64,000 bases of DNA from an uncultured delta proteobacterium (lineage in GTDB: Bacteria > Desulfobacterota > Syntrophia > Syntrophales > UBA5619), in assembly GCA_963817385.1 (NCBI GenBank), contig CAWFOM010000008.1, positions 128,001-192,000 of the forward strand, written 5' to 3'. The notes beneath the pieces were generated by a model, which saw only the letters and a program-made list of their open reading frames with translations, ran no database searches and was not told the origin of the DNA. The position numbers and the translations under genes are program-made. Shown piece by piece: positions 40,051-50,710 of the stretch (the first letter of the stretch is position 1; the number at the start of each line of letters is the position of its first letter).

Positions 40051-40465
40051 GATTCGTGAAGCTGTGCATCGCGCGGGGATAGGAGATGAATTGGTTTTCT
40101 CAATTTGATTCGTGGGTTTCCTACTGTATTCACATCCTCCTTCACCCGTGCAAAGATTGAAATGCTGGCGTATGATATTTCCATCATATAAAAATTGTAA
40201 ATATTCTAGATAGTAAGAAACCATTTCAATCACCTTGCGGGTCAATAACGAATATACCTATGAAGGAAATATCCTTCGTGACTCCATCCGTCCAGTCCAT
40301 CCATCTCGTTAAAATACCTTTAATATCGAATTGATACGCTTGCCGAAATGAGGATGGTACGAATTTTGTAGAACTAAACAGCATGAGCGCCAATAACAAA
40401 ATGAGCATCACCGCAGAATTTGAAATCCGGAAATTTCCCCGAAGTGATCTTATGGAGGAGGAGAG

Positions 40466-40672
40466 ATGATTTTAATGATTGTTTTATTGCTTGTGATTTT
40501 AAGCATTTTTTTCATTATGTGCCTTCTCAGGATAGGAAGAGGGGCTGGCCGTAAGATGGAATCATTACTTATTGATAGCCTAGATGATCTACAGGAAGTC
40601 CATACTTTTTGCGCTTTACCTCAGCGTACTAAGGACAGAATTGCAAACATGGGTATCCCCGCAACGCAGTAA
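40466..40672 (+). CDS. small single-TM hypothetical protein
   Basis: GGAGGAG RBS and hydrophobic N-terminus. Confidence 0.4.
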   Translation: MILMIVLLLVILSIFFIMCLLRIGRGAGRKMESLLIDSLDDLQEVHTFCALPQRTKDRIANMGIPATQ

Positions 40673-41296
40673 GAACCCGTTGTAATCCAATGTTTCATGA
40701 TCTTAAATGCATGATCAATTGAGGATCGTTCGAGTTTCCGGCTAGCAAGACTTCTCCAAGCAAATTTTCCATGGGTTATAGAGTTTCTACCGCTTCAATC
40801 CCCGTTCTTTCATCTTGATGGTCGACGGGAATAATGATAAGGGCCATCTTGTTCAAACATGATCGATCCTTTCTCAAGAGCTTTCAGTCAAACGGCCATG
40901 GAGGAAAACTGCGTTTCTTATGATGCCCGCCGTAACGGAATGGGGCATCATAACTTCGATGAATGGTCTTCGGCGGCAAGTCTCTCTTCATGAGTAGCTT
41001 ATCCCTATCAATGTCCCTCCATTTAATTCTCATTGTTTTCTTCAGGTAACTACACTAATTGCTAAGTAAAAGGAAACAATCTGTCTTTACGCGCGTCTGC
41101 ATCCGGCAGTGAGCACCTATTCCGTGGCTTTGCCGCGCGATAGGCGGGAGAATACGAAAGGTCTATTCCTTAAGGACCAAAGGTTCTCCGCAACGTACTC
41201 CGAAATAGCAGAATGGAACGGATATTATCGGATAATAACAGTACATCCTAGAGGGTTACGAACATCCCCGGCTAACGTAAAAAGGAGGTACTCCTA

Positions 41297-43384
41297 ATAA
41301 AAAAACTATTTACAAGCATAATTATTTTATTGACCCTATGCTTTTTCGTATCCCCAACGAACTCCCTCGCAGGTCAAGCAACCCTGGCATGGGACCCACC
41401 GGATATTTCCACAGATGTAACCGGCTATATGATACATTACGGAACGGCTTCCGGTACCTATTCACAGGCCATCAACGTCGGTAATACAACAAGCTATACG
41501 GTTAGCAACCTATCTGACGGACAGAAATATTATTTTGCCGTTACCGCCTATAATGCTGTCGGTTATCAAAGCGTATATTCAAATGAAGTCAGCCTAATGA
41601 CATCCCCTCAGCAATATCTTCTCATGACCTTGAACCCTGGCCCGGGACAGGGAACAGTATCGGGACCCGGGATAAGTTGCGGTAACACATGCTTTGCTGT
41701 CTACAACCCAGGCACCGTGGTGTCTCTTTCCGCAACGGCTGCTGCCGGATCAACCTTTGACGGTTGGTCGGGAGGGGGATGCAGCGGAACAGGGCTCTGC
41801 ACGGTCACAATGAATGCAAATACTACTATTACAGCTAATTTCAAAACGAGTCTGGTCACAACTAACCCACCGACATCTTTACTTACCATAAGCAAGCGTG
41901 GCAACAGGAGCGGCACGGTAAGCTCTTGGCCAGGCTGGATCAATTGCGGTCCTACCTGCAGCGCGTCTGTCACAAGCGGGACCAGTGTCACCCTTACCGC
42001 CACCCCCGCCGCGGGCTCAACCTTTTCCGGCTGGAGCGGTGCGTGCAGCGGCACTGGCGCTTCCTGCACCGTCGTTATGAATGATGCCAAAGCTGTGACC
42101 GCAACCTTCTCTGCGGATATCATTACCCAGACTGGCTCTATTACGTCTCTCTACTTTCCCCACGTGGACACAAGCTTACCCTGGCAAACGGAGATCGCCA
42201 TCATCAATACAAGCGATCAAACAGTCACCGGCACCCTGAGGGCCTTGAGCGATGAAGGTCAACTCGTAGAGACCAGGGGTGTCACGCTTTCTGCCCGCGG
42301 CAGGAGACAAATCATCGTTTCCGATGAGTTTACAAACCACATAAACATAGGATACATCATCTTTGACACAGCCTCTGCTGCAGTCCAGGGCTACACAAAG
42401 TTTTACCAGGAAGGAATCTATAGAACGGCAACCCCTGCGGTAAAAGAGCTGAACACCTCAAACATCTATATCTCACACATAGCCTCAAACGCTCAATGGT
42501 GGACCGAGGTAATCCTTGTGAACACAACCTCGGCAACGAAAGAACTGACCATTATCTTTGACAATGGCGAGAGCAGGAGTATCACACTCAATGCCAACGA
42601 ACACAAGGTCTTCACCATCACCAGCCTGTTCAATAACCAATCCCAGCCGGACATTCGATCGGCGGTGATCACCAATGCAAACGGCATCATTGGACTGGAG
42701 CTCTTTGGCAATACCCTTGGCGGCAACCAGATGGACGGAATCCTCCTTACCGGCAACACCGCCTCGACCATATACTACCCCCACGTGGCCGGTGATGGCT
42801 GGTGGACCGGCATTGTGGCCTATAACCCATGGGAATGGGCATGTACGATAACCGTGACACCCTACACTGCTCAAGGAACCCCGCTTTCCCCCAAGACTCT
42901 TTCTCTATCGGGGAAGGGAAAATATATCGGCACGGTTGCGGGACTCGGCTTCCCCGCTCAGACGGCGTGGTTCAAGATAGACTCCACGCGGTCCCTCACG
43001 GGCTTTGAGCTTTTTGGCACTGTCGACGGCAGCCAGCTTGCGGCCTATTCAGGAGGAGGTGGGACAGGTGCAAAGACGGGCGTCTTTGCCAAGATCGAGA
43101 ACATCGGCTGGACCGGCATTGCCTTTGTCAACACGGAAGACAGCGCGGCGTACGTTACCCTGACCGCCTATAACGACAATGGAACTGCCGTGGCCACTCA
43201 GGTGCTCCCTGTCAGTGGCCGTGCCAAGGTGGTCAATCTCGCGGAGGCGATCTTTTCGCAGGATATCAGCAGCGCCACGTATATTGCCTACTCATCGGAC
43301 AGAAATATTGTGGGTTTTCAGCTCAACGGTACTTCAGACGGTATGATGCTCGACGGGCTGCCTGCGCTTGCCGGAATCAATTGA
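41297..43384 (+). CDS. secreted protein: FN3 domain, two Cys-containing InlB-B-repeat-like domains, four roughly 100-aa repeats
   Basis: LAWD..GY.IHYG...YYFAVTAYN (FN3); F.GWSG.CSGTG.CTV.M twice; signal peptide only complete from ATA at 41297. Confidence 0.8.
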   Translation: MKKLFTSIIILLTLCFFVSPTNSLAGQATLAWDPPDISTDVTGYMIHYGTASGTYSQAINVGNTTSYTVSNLSDGQKYYFAVTAYNAVGYQSVYSNEVSLMTSPQQYLLMTLNPGPGQGTVSGPGISCGNTCFAVYNPGTVVSLSATAAAGSTFDGWSGGGCSGTGLCTVTMNANTTITANFKTSLVTTNPPTSLLTISKRGNRSGTVSSWPGWINCGPTCSASVTSGTSVTLTATPAAGSTFSGWSGACSGTGASCTVVMNDAKAVTATFSADIITQTGSITSLYFPHVDTSLPWQTEIAIINTSDQTVTGTLRALSDEGQLVETRGVTLSARGRRQIIVSDEFTNHINIGYIIFDTASAAVQGYTKFYQEGIYRTATPAVKELNTSNIYISHIASNAQWWTEVILVNTTSATKELTIIFDNGESRSITLNANEHKVFTITSLFNNQSQPDIRSAVITNANGIIGLELFGNTLGGNQMDGILLTGNTASTIYYPHVAGDGWWTGIVAYNPWEWACTITVTPYTAQGTPLSPKTLSLSGKGKYIGTVAGLGFPAQTAWFKIDSTRSLTGFELFGTVDGSQLAAYSGGGGTGAKTGVFAKIENIGWTGIAFVNTEDSAAYVTLTAYNDNGTAVATQVLPVSGRAKVVNLAEAIFSQDISSATYIAYSSDRNIVGFQLNGTSDGMMLDGLPALAGIN

Positions 43385-43621
43385 TCCTCCAAAATGCACT
43401 TCTGTGATGATCAGACATCGGATGGCGGTATTTCTGGGCCGGGCACCCTCACTACATCAAAATGATGGATGATATCCCAGAATACCGTATAGCGGCAAGC
43501 CGGGTCATGATCCGTCCGTCACAGATCGGTGACAAAGGCCGCGAGACGAGCGCACAGGCAAAGCACATCAGCCATTTCCATTGACAAAACCGACAAGGGG
43601 CTGATACCGAGAAAAACAATC

Positions 43622-43634
43622 TAAGTTATTGATA
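43622..43634 (-). promoter_or_regulatory. IHF consensus site abutting the tmRNA 3' end
   Basis: TATCAA-TAAC-TTA matches WATCAANNNNTTR. Confidence 0.5.
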
Positions 43635-43637
43635 TCA

Positions 43638-43995
43638 TGGTGGAGGCGGCGGGAGTTGAACCCGCGTCCGGAAACCTTCCGCTGCACTTTCTACGTACGT
43701 ATCTTCTGTTTTAGTTTTCGCTCTCGAAGGCTCCCGGAAGCAGGATCCCTCGGTCGCTATCCTGTTTTAGGTTTTCGCCCCTCTCCCCCCAGGCGTGAGA
43801 GATCAGTTATCCTGCCAGTATGACGCCTCCGAACCGGCCCGACAGGCGAAGCCGGGGAGACGTTAGCCGACTAAGCGGCTAAAGCGTAATCGTAGTTGTC
43901 TGCGATTATATTGTCCTACCTGTTTAACGAGGCCTGTAGGAACCTCGGTACGCTTATGCAGCTTCATGCATCCCCGTCGAAACCGTGACGCCCCC
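43638..43995 (-). ncRNA. ssrA: tmRNA, tag (A)ADNYDYALAA
   Basis: 5' GGGGGCG..TTCGAC; 3' T-arm and CCGCCTCCACCA; tag frame 43903-43871; downstream of smpB; promoter TTGACT-17-TATATT at 44056-44028. Confidence 0.95.
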
Positions 43996-44097
43996 ACGGA
44001 TGTGAAGCGATGTGAATGAACAAGTCTAATATATGTCGCCCACCACGGGAAGTCAAGCCGCATGATCCGGTTCCCGCCGATACGGGGGCGGTCACCC

Positions 44098-44574
44098 TCA
44101 CGAATCCCGGTTCTTCGCCCGGAGGCCCCTCTCGATCGCCCGACGGTCCTCCTTGAGCTTGATGTCCTCCCGCTTGTCGTAGAGTTTCTTCCCCCGGCCG
44201 ACGCCGATCTCTACCTTGACTTTCCCGTTTTTGAAATACATCCTCAGCGGGATCAGGGCCAGCCCCCGCTCCTGAGACTTGCCGTACAGCCGCCGGATCT
44301 CCCGCTTGTGCATGAGGAGTTTGCGGATGCGAAGCGGGTTATGATTCTCCCGGTTGCCGTGCGAGTAGGGGCTGACGTGAAGGTCGTAGAGGAAAAGCTC
44401 GTCGTCCTTGACCAGGGCGTAGCCGTCCTTGAGGTTCGCCCGGCCGTCCCGGAGGGCCTTCACCTCCGTACCCACGAGGGCGATCCCCGCCTCATAGGTC
44501 TCCTCGATGAAATAGTTCATCCTGGCCCGTTTGTTCGAGCAGATCGGCTTTTCCCCGGATTCCTTCCTTGCCAC
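44098..44574 (-). CDS. smpB: SsrA-binding protein
   Basis: [37 protein letters not shown]. Confidence 0.97.
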   Translation of the reverse strand: MARKESGEKPICSNKRARMNYFIEETYEAGIALVGTEVKALRDGRANLKDGYALVKDDELFLYDLHVSPYSHGNRENHNPLRIRKLLMHKREIRRLYGKSQERGLALIPLRMYFKNGKVKVEIGVGRGKKLYDKREDIKLKEDRRAIERGLRAKNRDS

Positions 44575-44637
44575 GGTGACTCCTGTCCTTCCATTCCCTT
44601 CGCGGGGCGGCCATTCCGCCCCTGCATATGTCCGCGC

Positions 44638-45396
44638 TTATGGGCCGTCGATCCGCGCCGGCAGGTAATCTGGTTTCACGTGCCCCATCGCCTTCCAGAT
44701 ATTCTCCCGGATGCGGGGATTATCTTTCGCCAACTCGCCGAGGAGTCCCTTGACGTAGCGCCTCCGGGAGGTCCTGCTTGTGGGGCAGCCGTTCTCGATG
44801 ACCGGGAATCCCCTCTCCCTCCCGTACTTTTTGACCAGATCCTCCCGGATGTATGCCAGCGGACGGATGATCCGCATCTCCCCTCCGAAGATCGTCTGGT
44901 TCGGGACCATAGTGCTGATCTCCCGCCCGTAGAATAGATTGATCAGTAGGGTTTCGATGATGTCGTCCCGGTGGTGGGCGAAGGCGATCTTGTTACATCC
45001 TTTCTCGGCAGCAATCTCGAAGATCCGCTTCCGCCGGAGACGCGAGCAGAGGAAGCAGGGGGTTTTTCGGTTGTAGTCACTGTGGGAGAGAGGCCCGATG
45101 TCCGTTTTTTCCATGACGTAATGGTAGGCGCCCTCCCGCAGATATCCCTGCAGCGTATCATAGCCCGCGTAACTCGAATCGAAGCCGGGGTCAATATTTA
45201 CGGCGAGTATCGAAAAAGAGGGGACGGTGACCATCGGGGTGTTGAGCAAATCGAGGAGTGACATGCTGTCCATCCCGCCTGAGACGCCTACCAGTACGCG
45301 GTCTCCCCCGGCGATCATTCCATAATCCATGACCGCCTTCTCCAGCCACTTTTTCAGATGCAGGAACAACCTCGATCGCTTTTCTTCCGGCATCAT
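44638..45396 (-). CDS. ttcA: tRNA 2-thiocytidine biosynthesis TtcA-family protein
   Basis: SGGMDS PP-loop, PCFLCSRLRR, HHRDD, IRPL. Confidence 0.88.
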   Translation of the reverse strand: MMPEEKRSRLFLHLKKWLEKAVMDYGMIAGGDRVLVGVSGGMDSMSLLDLLNTPMVTVPSFSILAVNIDPGFDSSYAGYDTLQGYLREGAYHYVMEKTDIGPLSHSDYNRKTPCFLCSRLRRKRIFEIAAEKGCNKIAFAHHRDDIIETLLINLFYGREISTMVPNQTIFGGEMRIIRPLAYIREDLVKKYGRERGFPVIENGCPTSRTSRRRYVKGLLGELAKDNPRIRENIWKAMGHVKPDYLPARIDGP

Positions 45397-45601
45397 CCCC
45401 CAAATCCCGTTACCATGATTCATGAATTCTATCCGAGATCGACCCGGTTATCAAGAAACTTTCATCGGTGCCGCCGCCGTCTATCGCATTGATAATCACA
45501 TCCATTTGGTATGGAAATACCCCAGGCAGCGGGCAGGATCCGCCGCATCTTTTCAATCATTCCCGAAATTGCATGCACAGCCCAGCCAGAAGGAGGCCGT
45601 T

Positions 45602-45862
45602 ATGACAGAAATCATCAATATCAATGCCCGGGAGATCCTGGATTCGCGCGGCAACCCGACCGTGGAAGCCCAGGAAACCCTGCTTTCGGGAATCGTCGGA
45701 CGGACCTCCGTGCCCGAGGCGAAGTACAACCGGCTGCTGAGGATCAAAGAGGAGATGGGCGATGCCGCCGTCTATCGGGGTCGCTCCGTCCGGCATTTAA
45801 TACTGGCGAAAAATAATGAAATTCCGGCAATGGACGATGAGGAGATGATTAGAGGAACTTGA
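45602..45862 (+). pseudogene. internally deleted enolase derivative (86-aa open frame)
   Basis: [14 protein letters not shown]...GR.SVP joined in frame to [25 protein letters not shown]. Confidence 0.8.
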
Positions 45863-48485
45863 ACAGCCTGCGGCGGAGGGATTCCAGCTGCACCTTGTTT
45901 CCCGTCAGGACGTATCTATTGGTGAGACGCTTTTCTCCCTTATCCTGCACCTCCGTTACGGAGATGATGTTTACATCCTGCAGATACCGTATGGCGCTTT
46001 GATAATTGGACTGAGACAGGGCCTCCGCCCTCCGGATTTCTCCCTTCCGGTACATCCTCGCCCCGAGACCCCGGATATTTTTCAGCCAATCCCGTTCCGC
46101 CTTCGGCCCCTTCCGGAGATAGTACGCTCCCCGAACAACCACCCAGTAGGATTCCATATAATTGTGGATGAGACCCGCAAAAGGGAGGAGGTTGGTCCGG
46201 CCCCGCCCCTTCACCTCAATCCAGGCCTTCTCATCCTTGTCGAAACCGGCAATCATCCCCCTATCGCGCAGATAGGCAAGGACCTCCCTTACCTCTTCCC
46301 CATCACTTTTCTGATCGTCAAAGATGAATTCATGGCGGAAGAGGCGTTTGAAAAAGGAGTAGTCATCGCTGATCCGATTGATGGGGACCATATCCTCTGA
46401 ACTCGTCAATACTGACATTGCAACAAAACTCATTGGGAGAAAATAGTGGAGGATATTGTTTTTGTAATACTCGAGATTCATCCGTTTGTCATCCTCGAGA
46501 GAATAGACGATCTCCTCAACTTCTTCTTCCTCTTCTTCCGTCCCCATGCGGGAGATGAGCCCCGACTGATTGAAGAGGTGCAGGGCTTCGGTGACCGCCT
46601 TTTCCCTGTCGGCGAAGGTCATGGCGAAAGAAACCTTGCGGAACGCGAGATAGTCGTAAAACAACTCCAAAACCTCCCTGAGTTCTCCCAACGAGATCCC
46701 TCTCCGGTCGTAACAAAGGAGACCCACGGCCGTCAGCGCAAAGGGGGTCACCACCGACACCTTGTTGATCGCCCGAACGATGGTATAGCCGATCCGACGG
46801 TAAAGACTCTGCCTCTCTTCAACGGTCATCTCCTCCAGGGGTTTTTCCTGGCTCGCAAGGTAGGATTTAAGCAGGATCGGGTCCCCGACATTCATGTAGA
46901 CGCGACCGTACCGTCTCCGGAGCAGCTTGCTGCTCTTGATCATCTCGGTCGCCCGCTCCTTCTCCTTGGGGGTGCCTCCGAGCTCCTGAAGATACGCCTT
47001 CTCCTCGACCACCCGGTCATATCCGATATAGACGGGGATAGCCGCCAGATCATCACAGGCCTTTTCCTGATAGGCCTGGATGATCATCGAGAGGAGTCCG
47101 TACTTGGGCATCACCATCTTCCCCGTCCGGCTGCGCCCTCCCTCAATGAAGAATTCCAAAGGCAGCCCCTCTTTCAGGAGTACCTTTACATACTTGGTAA
47201 AAACCTCGGCATAGAGATCGTTTCCCTTGAAGCTCCTGCGTAGAAAGAATGCACCTGATTTTCGGAAGATGTATCCCATAGGAAAGAAAGAAAGATTGGT
47301 CCCTGCTGCTACGAACGGCATCTGAATGTTGTTCTTGTAGAAGATATGAGAAAGGAGGAGGTAATCAAAATGGCTCCGGTGGCAAGGGATAATGACAAAG
47401 GGCATCTTCTTGGACACGTTTCTGATTTTTGCTATACCCTCGCCATCGACCACGACACCGTCATAGATGTTGTTCCAGAGCCAGTCGAGAATCCTGTCCC
47501 AGATCTCTACAAAGATCTCACTATAATCGGAGGCGATCTCATCCAGGTATATTCTTGCCTCCTTCCGGACCGCGTTAAAATCCCGCTTCGTCTTTTTCGC
47601 CTTCACCGCCATCTCTTCCATGAAGGTCACGAGACCTCTGTCCCTGAGGACCATGCCGATAATCTCCTCACGGGATTTCAGGAGAGGTCCCACGATCGTC
47701 GCCTTTTCCTCATCGATCCGGGCTATCAGATCCCCGCGGAGCTGCCGGACGAGCTCTTCGCGGGATGCACCTTCACCGGTATTGATGAACTCGGCAAGGT
47801 TGACCGGTTCGGCGGAGATGACCGAGGCTTTGTTGGAATACCTGAGGAAGGTGATGACCCGACGCAGGGGGTCGGTCGCATCGCTCTGGCCGAAGAGGAT
47901 GTTGATCAAACTTTCCTCTTCCTTTTCTCTTCTGCGCCCGTAGGTGATCAGTTCCGGACAGAGGTAGATCGGCACATCCAAGGTTGCCTGCACCTCCATC
48001 AGCTGGGAGAGGGTCTTAGAAACAAAAGGGTTTTCAAAGAGTTCCGATTCTCCGAGATGGATAATGGCGCTTTTCCTGCTACGAAGAAGTTCTTTGAGAT
48101 ACCCCGACTGAACGGGATCGAGGGTGGTCTTTTTGAATATCCGATAAGAAAGATAGGACATGATCACCCGGAGGGCGAAGGGAAACGGCTGCCAGCTGAT
48201 CATGTTGATACCGTGACAGTAAACAGGAGGGGGAATCGCCTTCCGTATGCAGATTTCCCTGAGGATCAGGCTGTTGAGTTGACTTTTATCTTTCAGTGCA
48301 TAGACGATGATCCCCTTTTCCGATAGCGCCTTGAGCTTTTCCGCCGTCTCATCGGTGATCCGAACCTTGGAGAGCACCTTCCGGAGCAGTCGGGAGAGAG
48401 GAAAATTATCTTCACGGTAGAGACTCCCCGCATAGTATGCGCCGATCTCCGTGGTCCATGATCTGACAGTCGACAGGACGGACAT
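45849..48485 (-). CDS. plsB: glycerol-3-phosphate acyltransferase (PlsB-like)
   Basis: [27 protein letters not shown]. Confidence 0.88.
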   Translation of the reverse strand: MSVLSTVRSWTTEIGAYYAGSLYREDNFPLSRLLRKVLSKVRITDETAEKLKALSEKGIIVYALKDKSQLNSLILREICIRKAIPPPVYCHGINMISWQPFPFALRVIMSYLSYRIFKKTTLDPVQSGYLKELLRSRKSAIIHLGESELFENPFVSKTLSQLMEVQATLDVPIYLCPELITYGRRREKEEESLINILFGQSDATDPLRRVITFLRYSNKASVISAEPVNLAEFINTGEGASREELVRQLRGDLIARIDEEKATIVGPLLKSREEIIGMVLRDRGLVTFMEEMAVKAKKTKRDFNAVRKEARIYLDEIASDYSEIFVEIWDRILDWLWNNIYDGVVVDGEGIAKIRNVSKKMPFVIIPCHRSHFDYLLLSHIFYKNNIQMPFVAAGTNLSFFPMGYIFRKSGAFFLRRSFKGNDLYAEVFTKYVKVLLKEGLPLEFFIEGGRSRTGKMVMPKYGLLSMIIQAYQEKACDDLAAIPVYIGYDRVVEEKAYLQELGGTPKEKERATEMIKSSKLLRRRYGRVYMNVGDPILLKSYLASQEKPLEEMTVEERQSLYRRIGYTIVRAINKVSVVTPFALTAVGLLCYDRRGISLGELREVLELFYDYLAFRKVSFAMTFADREKAVTEALHLFNQSGLISRMGTEEEEEEVEEIVYSLEDDKRMNLEYYKNNILHYFLPMSFVAMSVLTSSEDMVPINRISDDYSFFKRLFRHEFIFDDQKSDGEEVREVLAYLRDRGMIAGFDKDEKAWIEVKGRGRTNLLPFAGLIHNYMESYWVVVRGAYYLRKGPKAERDWLKNIRGLGARMYRKGEIRRAEALSQSNYQSAIRYLQDVNIISVTEVQDKGEKRLTNRYVLTGNKVQLESLRRRLFKFL

Positions 48486-48610
48486 GCTCCCTCAGGCCCT
48501 CCCCATAACCGAAAATGCCTGCAGAATCCCCGGGTCTGTCTTCAAACGCATGAAATTCTCTCTCTTCTCCCACTCCCCATGACTCATTCCCCCGGATCTA
48601 TCGGGGGTTA

Positions 48611-50392
48611 TCACAGACCGTTCACCTGAAATTCCTCCGGAAAGCGTTTCCGCATGGCTGCATCCACAAAAGCCCGGATCTCCGCAGTGGAGGAAAGGGT
48701 CATCACCTTGTTCAGGAGGGTCTTCGACTCCTTCAGCGTTGATCCCCGGATGATCTTCTTTACCCGGGGGATAGCCAACGGATTCATACTCAATTCATCC
48801 AGCTCCAGCCCCAGCAGGATCATGGTATATGCCGGCTCTCCCGCCATCTCCCCGCACATTGCCACCCTGATCCCCGACTTATGACCGATTTCTACAACAT
48901 GTTTGATCAGGCGCAGGACGGCCGGATGGAGCGGTTCATACAGGTAGGTAACCCGTTCATTGATCCTGTCGATTGCCAGGACATACTGGATGAGGTCGTT
49001 GGTTCCGATGCTGAAGAAATCCACTTCTTTGGCCAGTTCTTCGGCAACGATCACCGCCGAGGGGACTTCGATCATAACACCAATCTCGATATCCGTACCC
49101 ACGGATTCCCCTCTGGCCAGCAATTCATCTTTTACTTCGGAAAAGATCCGCTTGGCTTCTCGGATCTCCTCGATACCCGAAATCATCGGAAACATGACCC
49201 TGATCTTCCCTTGGGTGCTCACCCGAAGAATCGCCCGGAGTTGGATCTTGAAGAGTTCCAACTCCTTCAGGCAGAAACGGATGGCCCGGAGACCCAGTTG
49301 GGGATTTAATTCACGGATATGCTTTTGATCCGGGAAGAACTTGTCGCCGCCCAGGTCGAACGTGCGGATCGTAGACCAGCAAAGGCCTTTGACACCAACT
49401 ACGGAACGGTAGTTGGCGAGATGATCTTCTTCGCTGGGAAGTTCTTCACGGTTGATGTAGAGGAACTCCGTCCGGTAAAGCCCGATCCCGTCTGCGCCAT
49501 GAGCGATAGCGGAGGGGATCTCTTCGACAAATTCAATGTTGCCGCCAATTTCCACACGGTAGTCATCCTTCGTCACCGCCGGAAGTCTTGCATAATCCAG
49601 CAGATCGTCTTGAGCCTCCTCATAGAGTCTCTTCTTGTCTTCGTACCGTTTGCGCACCTCCGGATCGGGATGGACGATCACGACACCGGCGGAACCATCG
49701 ATGATGATATCGTCATTGGTCCGGACGGCCCGGGTGATATTCTCCAGACCGACTACGGCAGGGATCTCGATCGACCGGGCCACGATCGCCGTATGGGAGG
49801 TCTTCCCCCCAATGTCCGTCGCGAACCCCAGCACCTTGTCGATCTTCATCTGCGCCGTATCCGCTGGCGAAAGATCGGCGGCGATGATGACGACCTTTTC
49901 TCCCATGTCGAGAACTACTCGTTTTTTCCCGGCGAGATTTGCCAGGATCCGCTGTCCGGCATACTGGATATCGCTGATGCGACCCCGAAGGTAGTCGTCA
50001 TCCATCCTGTCGAAAATCTCCCGGTATTTGTCGACGGTCATACGGACTGCCCATTCAGCATTGACGGACATCTCCCGGATATTCTGAATGGTCCGGTCGA
50101 TGAATTTCCGATCCTTCATAATCATGATGTGGACATCGATGATATAGAGCGGATCCATGCCTCCGCCAAGATCACTAAGCGTATTCTTCAGCTCAAGAAG
50201 CTGTTTTACCGACTCCCGGAGCGCCTTGCGGAAGCGCCGAATCTCCTTGGTAATCAGCCCCGGATCACTCAGTTTATAGAAAGGAACGTGCGCATCGAGC
50301 CGGTCGAAAAGATAGGCCTTGCCGATCACAATACCCGGAGAAACGCCGATCCCCTTCATGACAAAAGTTTTCTTCAGATCATCAGTATCCAT
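48611..50392 (-). CDS. ptsI: PTS enzyme I
   Basis: TSHTAIVAR, GIGLYRTE, SIGTNDL, MCGEMAG. Confidence 0.96.
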   Translation of the reverse strand: MDTDDLKKTFVMKGIGVSPGIVIGKAYLFDRLDAHVPFYKLSDPGLITKEIRRFRKALRESVKQLLELKNTLSDLGGGMDPLYIIDVHIMIMKDRKFIDRTIQNIREMSVNAEWAVRMTVDKYREIFDRMDDDYLRGRISDIQYAGQRILANLAGKKRVVLDMGEKVVIIAADLSPADTAQMKIDKVLGFATDIGGKTSHTAIVARSIEIPAVVGLENITRAVRTNDDIIIDGSAGVVIVHPDPEVRKRYEDKKRLYEEAQDDLLDYARLPAVTKDDYRVEIGGNIEFVEEIPSAIAHGADGIGLYRTEFLYINREELPSEEDHLANYRSVVGVKGLCWSTIRTFDLGGDKFFPDQKHIRELNPQLGLRAIRFCLKELELFKIQLRAILRVSTQGKIRVMFPMISGIEEIREAKRIFSEVKDELLARGESVGTDIEIGVMIEVPSAVIVAEELAKEVDFFSIGTNDLIQYVLAIDRINERVTYLYEPLHPAVLRLIKHVVEIGHKSGIRVAMCGEMAGEPAYTMILLGLELDELSMNPLAIPRVKKIIRGSTLKESKTLLNKVMTLSSTAEIRAFVDAAMRKRFPEEFQVNGL

Positions 50393-50439
50393 GGAACCCT
50401 TATCCTCTTCGATCAAACACCGGACAGGTCACGGTGCCA

Positions 50440-50709
50440 TCACGTCTCTCCGAATTTAGCGGTAATCAGCCGAACAAAAGCCTCCATCGCCTCCCGTGCA
50501 TCGACACCCTCCGTACGAACCGTCAGCCGGCTCCCGTAGGGACAGAACAGGGTGAGAATCCCCAGGATGCTCCGTCCGTTGACCTCGACACCATCCTTCT
50601 CCAATAATACCTCCGACTGAAAACGATTGGCGGTTTCGACTAATTTAGCGGCAACTCTGGCATGAATGCCTAGCTGATTCGTGATTTCAAACGTTCTGAT
50701 TTCGACCAT
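50440..50709 (-). CDS. ptsH: phosphocarrier HPr
   Basis: GIHAR (His15), GRSILG (Ser46). Confidence 0.95.
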   Translation of the reverse strand: MVEIRTFEITNQLGIHARVAAKLVETANRFQSEVLLEKDGVEVNGRSILGILTLFCPYGSRLTVRTEGVDAREAMEAFVRLITAKFGET

Positions 50710-50710
50710 A

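Noticed and set aside
40918..40953. 11-bp hairpin TTATGATGCCC/GGGCATCATAA as a functional RNA
   Set aside because: Isolated stem in decayed DNA with no assignable gene; probably an orphan terminator
41100..41290. c-di-GMP or c-di-AMP riboswitch upstream of the secreted protein
   Set aside because: Some pairing is possible but the conserved motifs of either class could not be matched by eye
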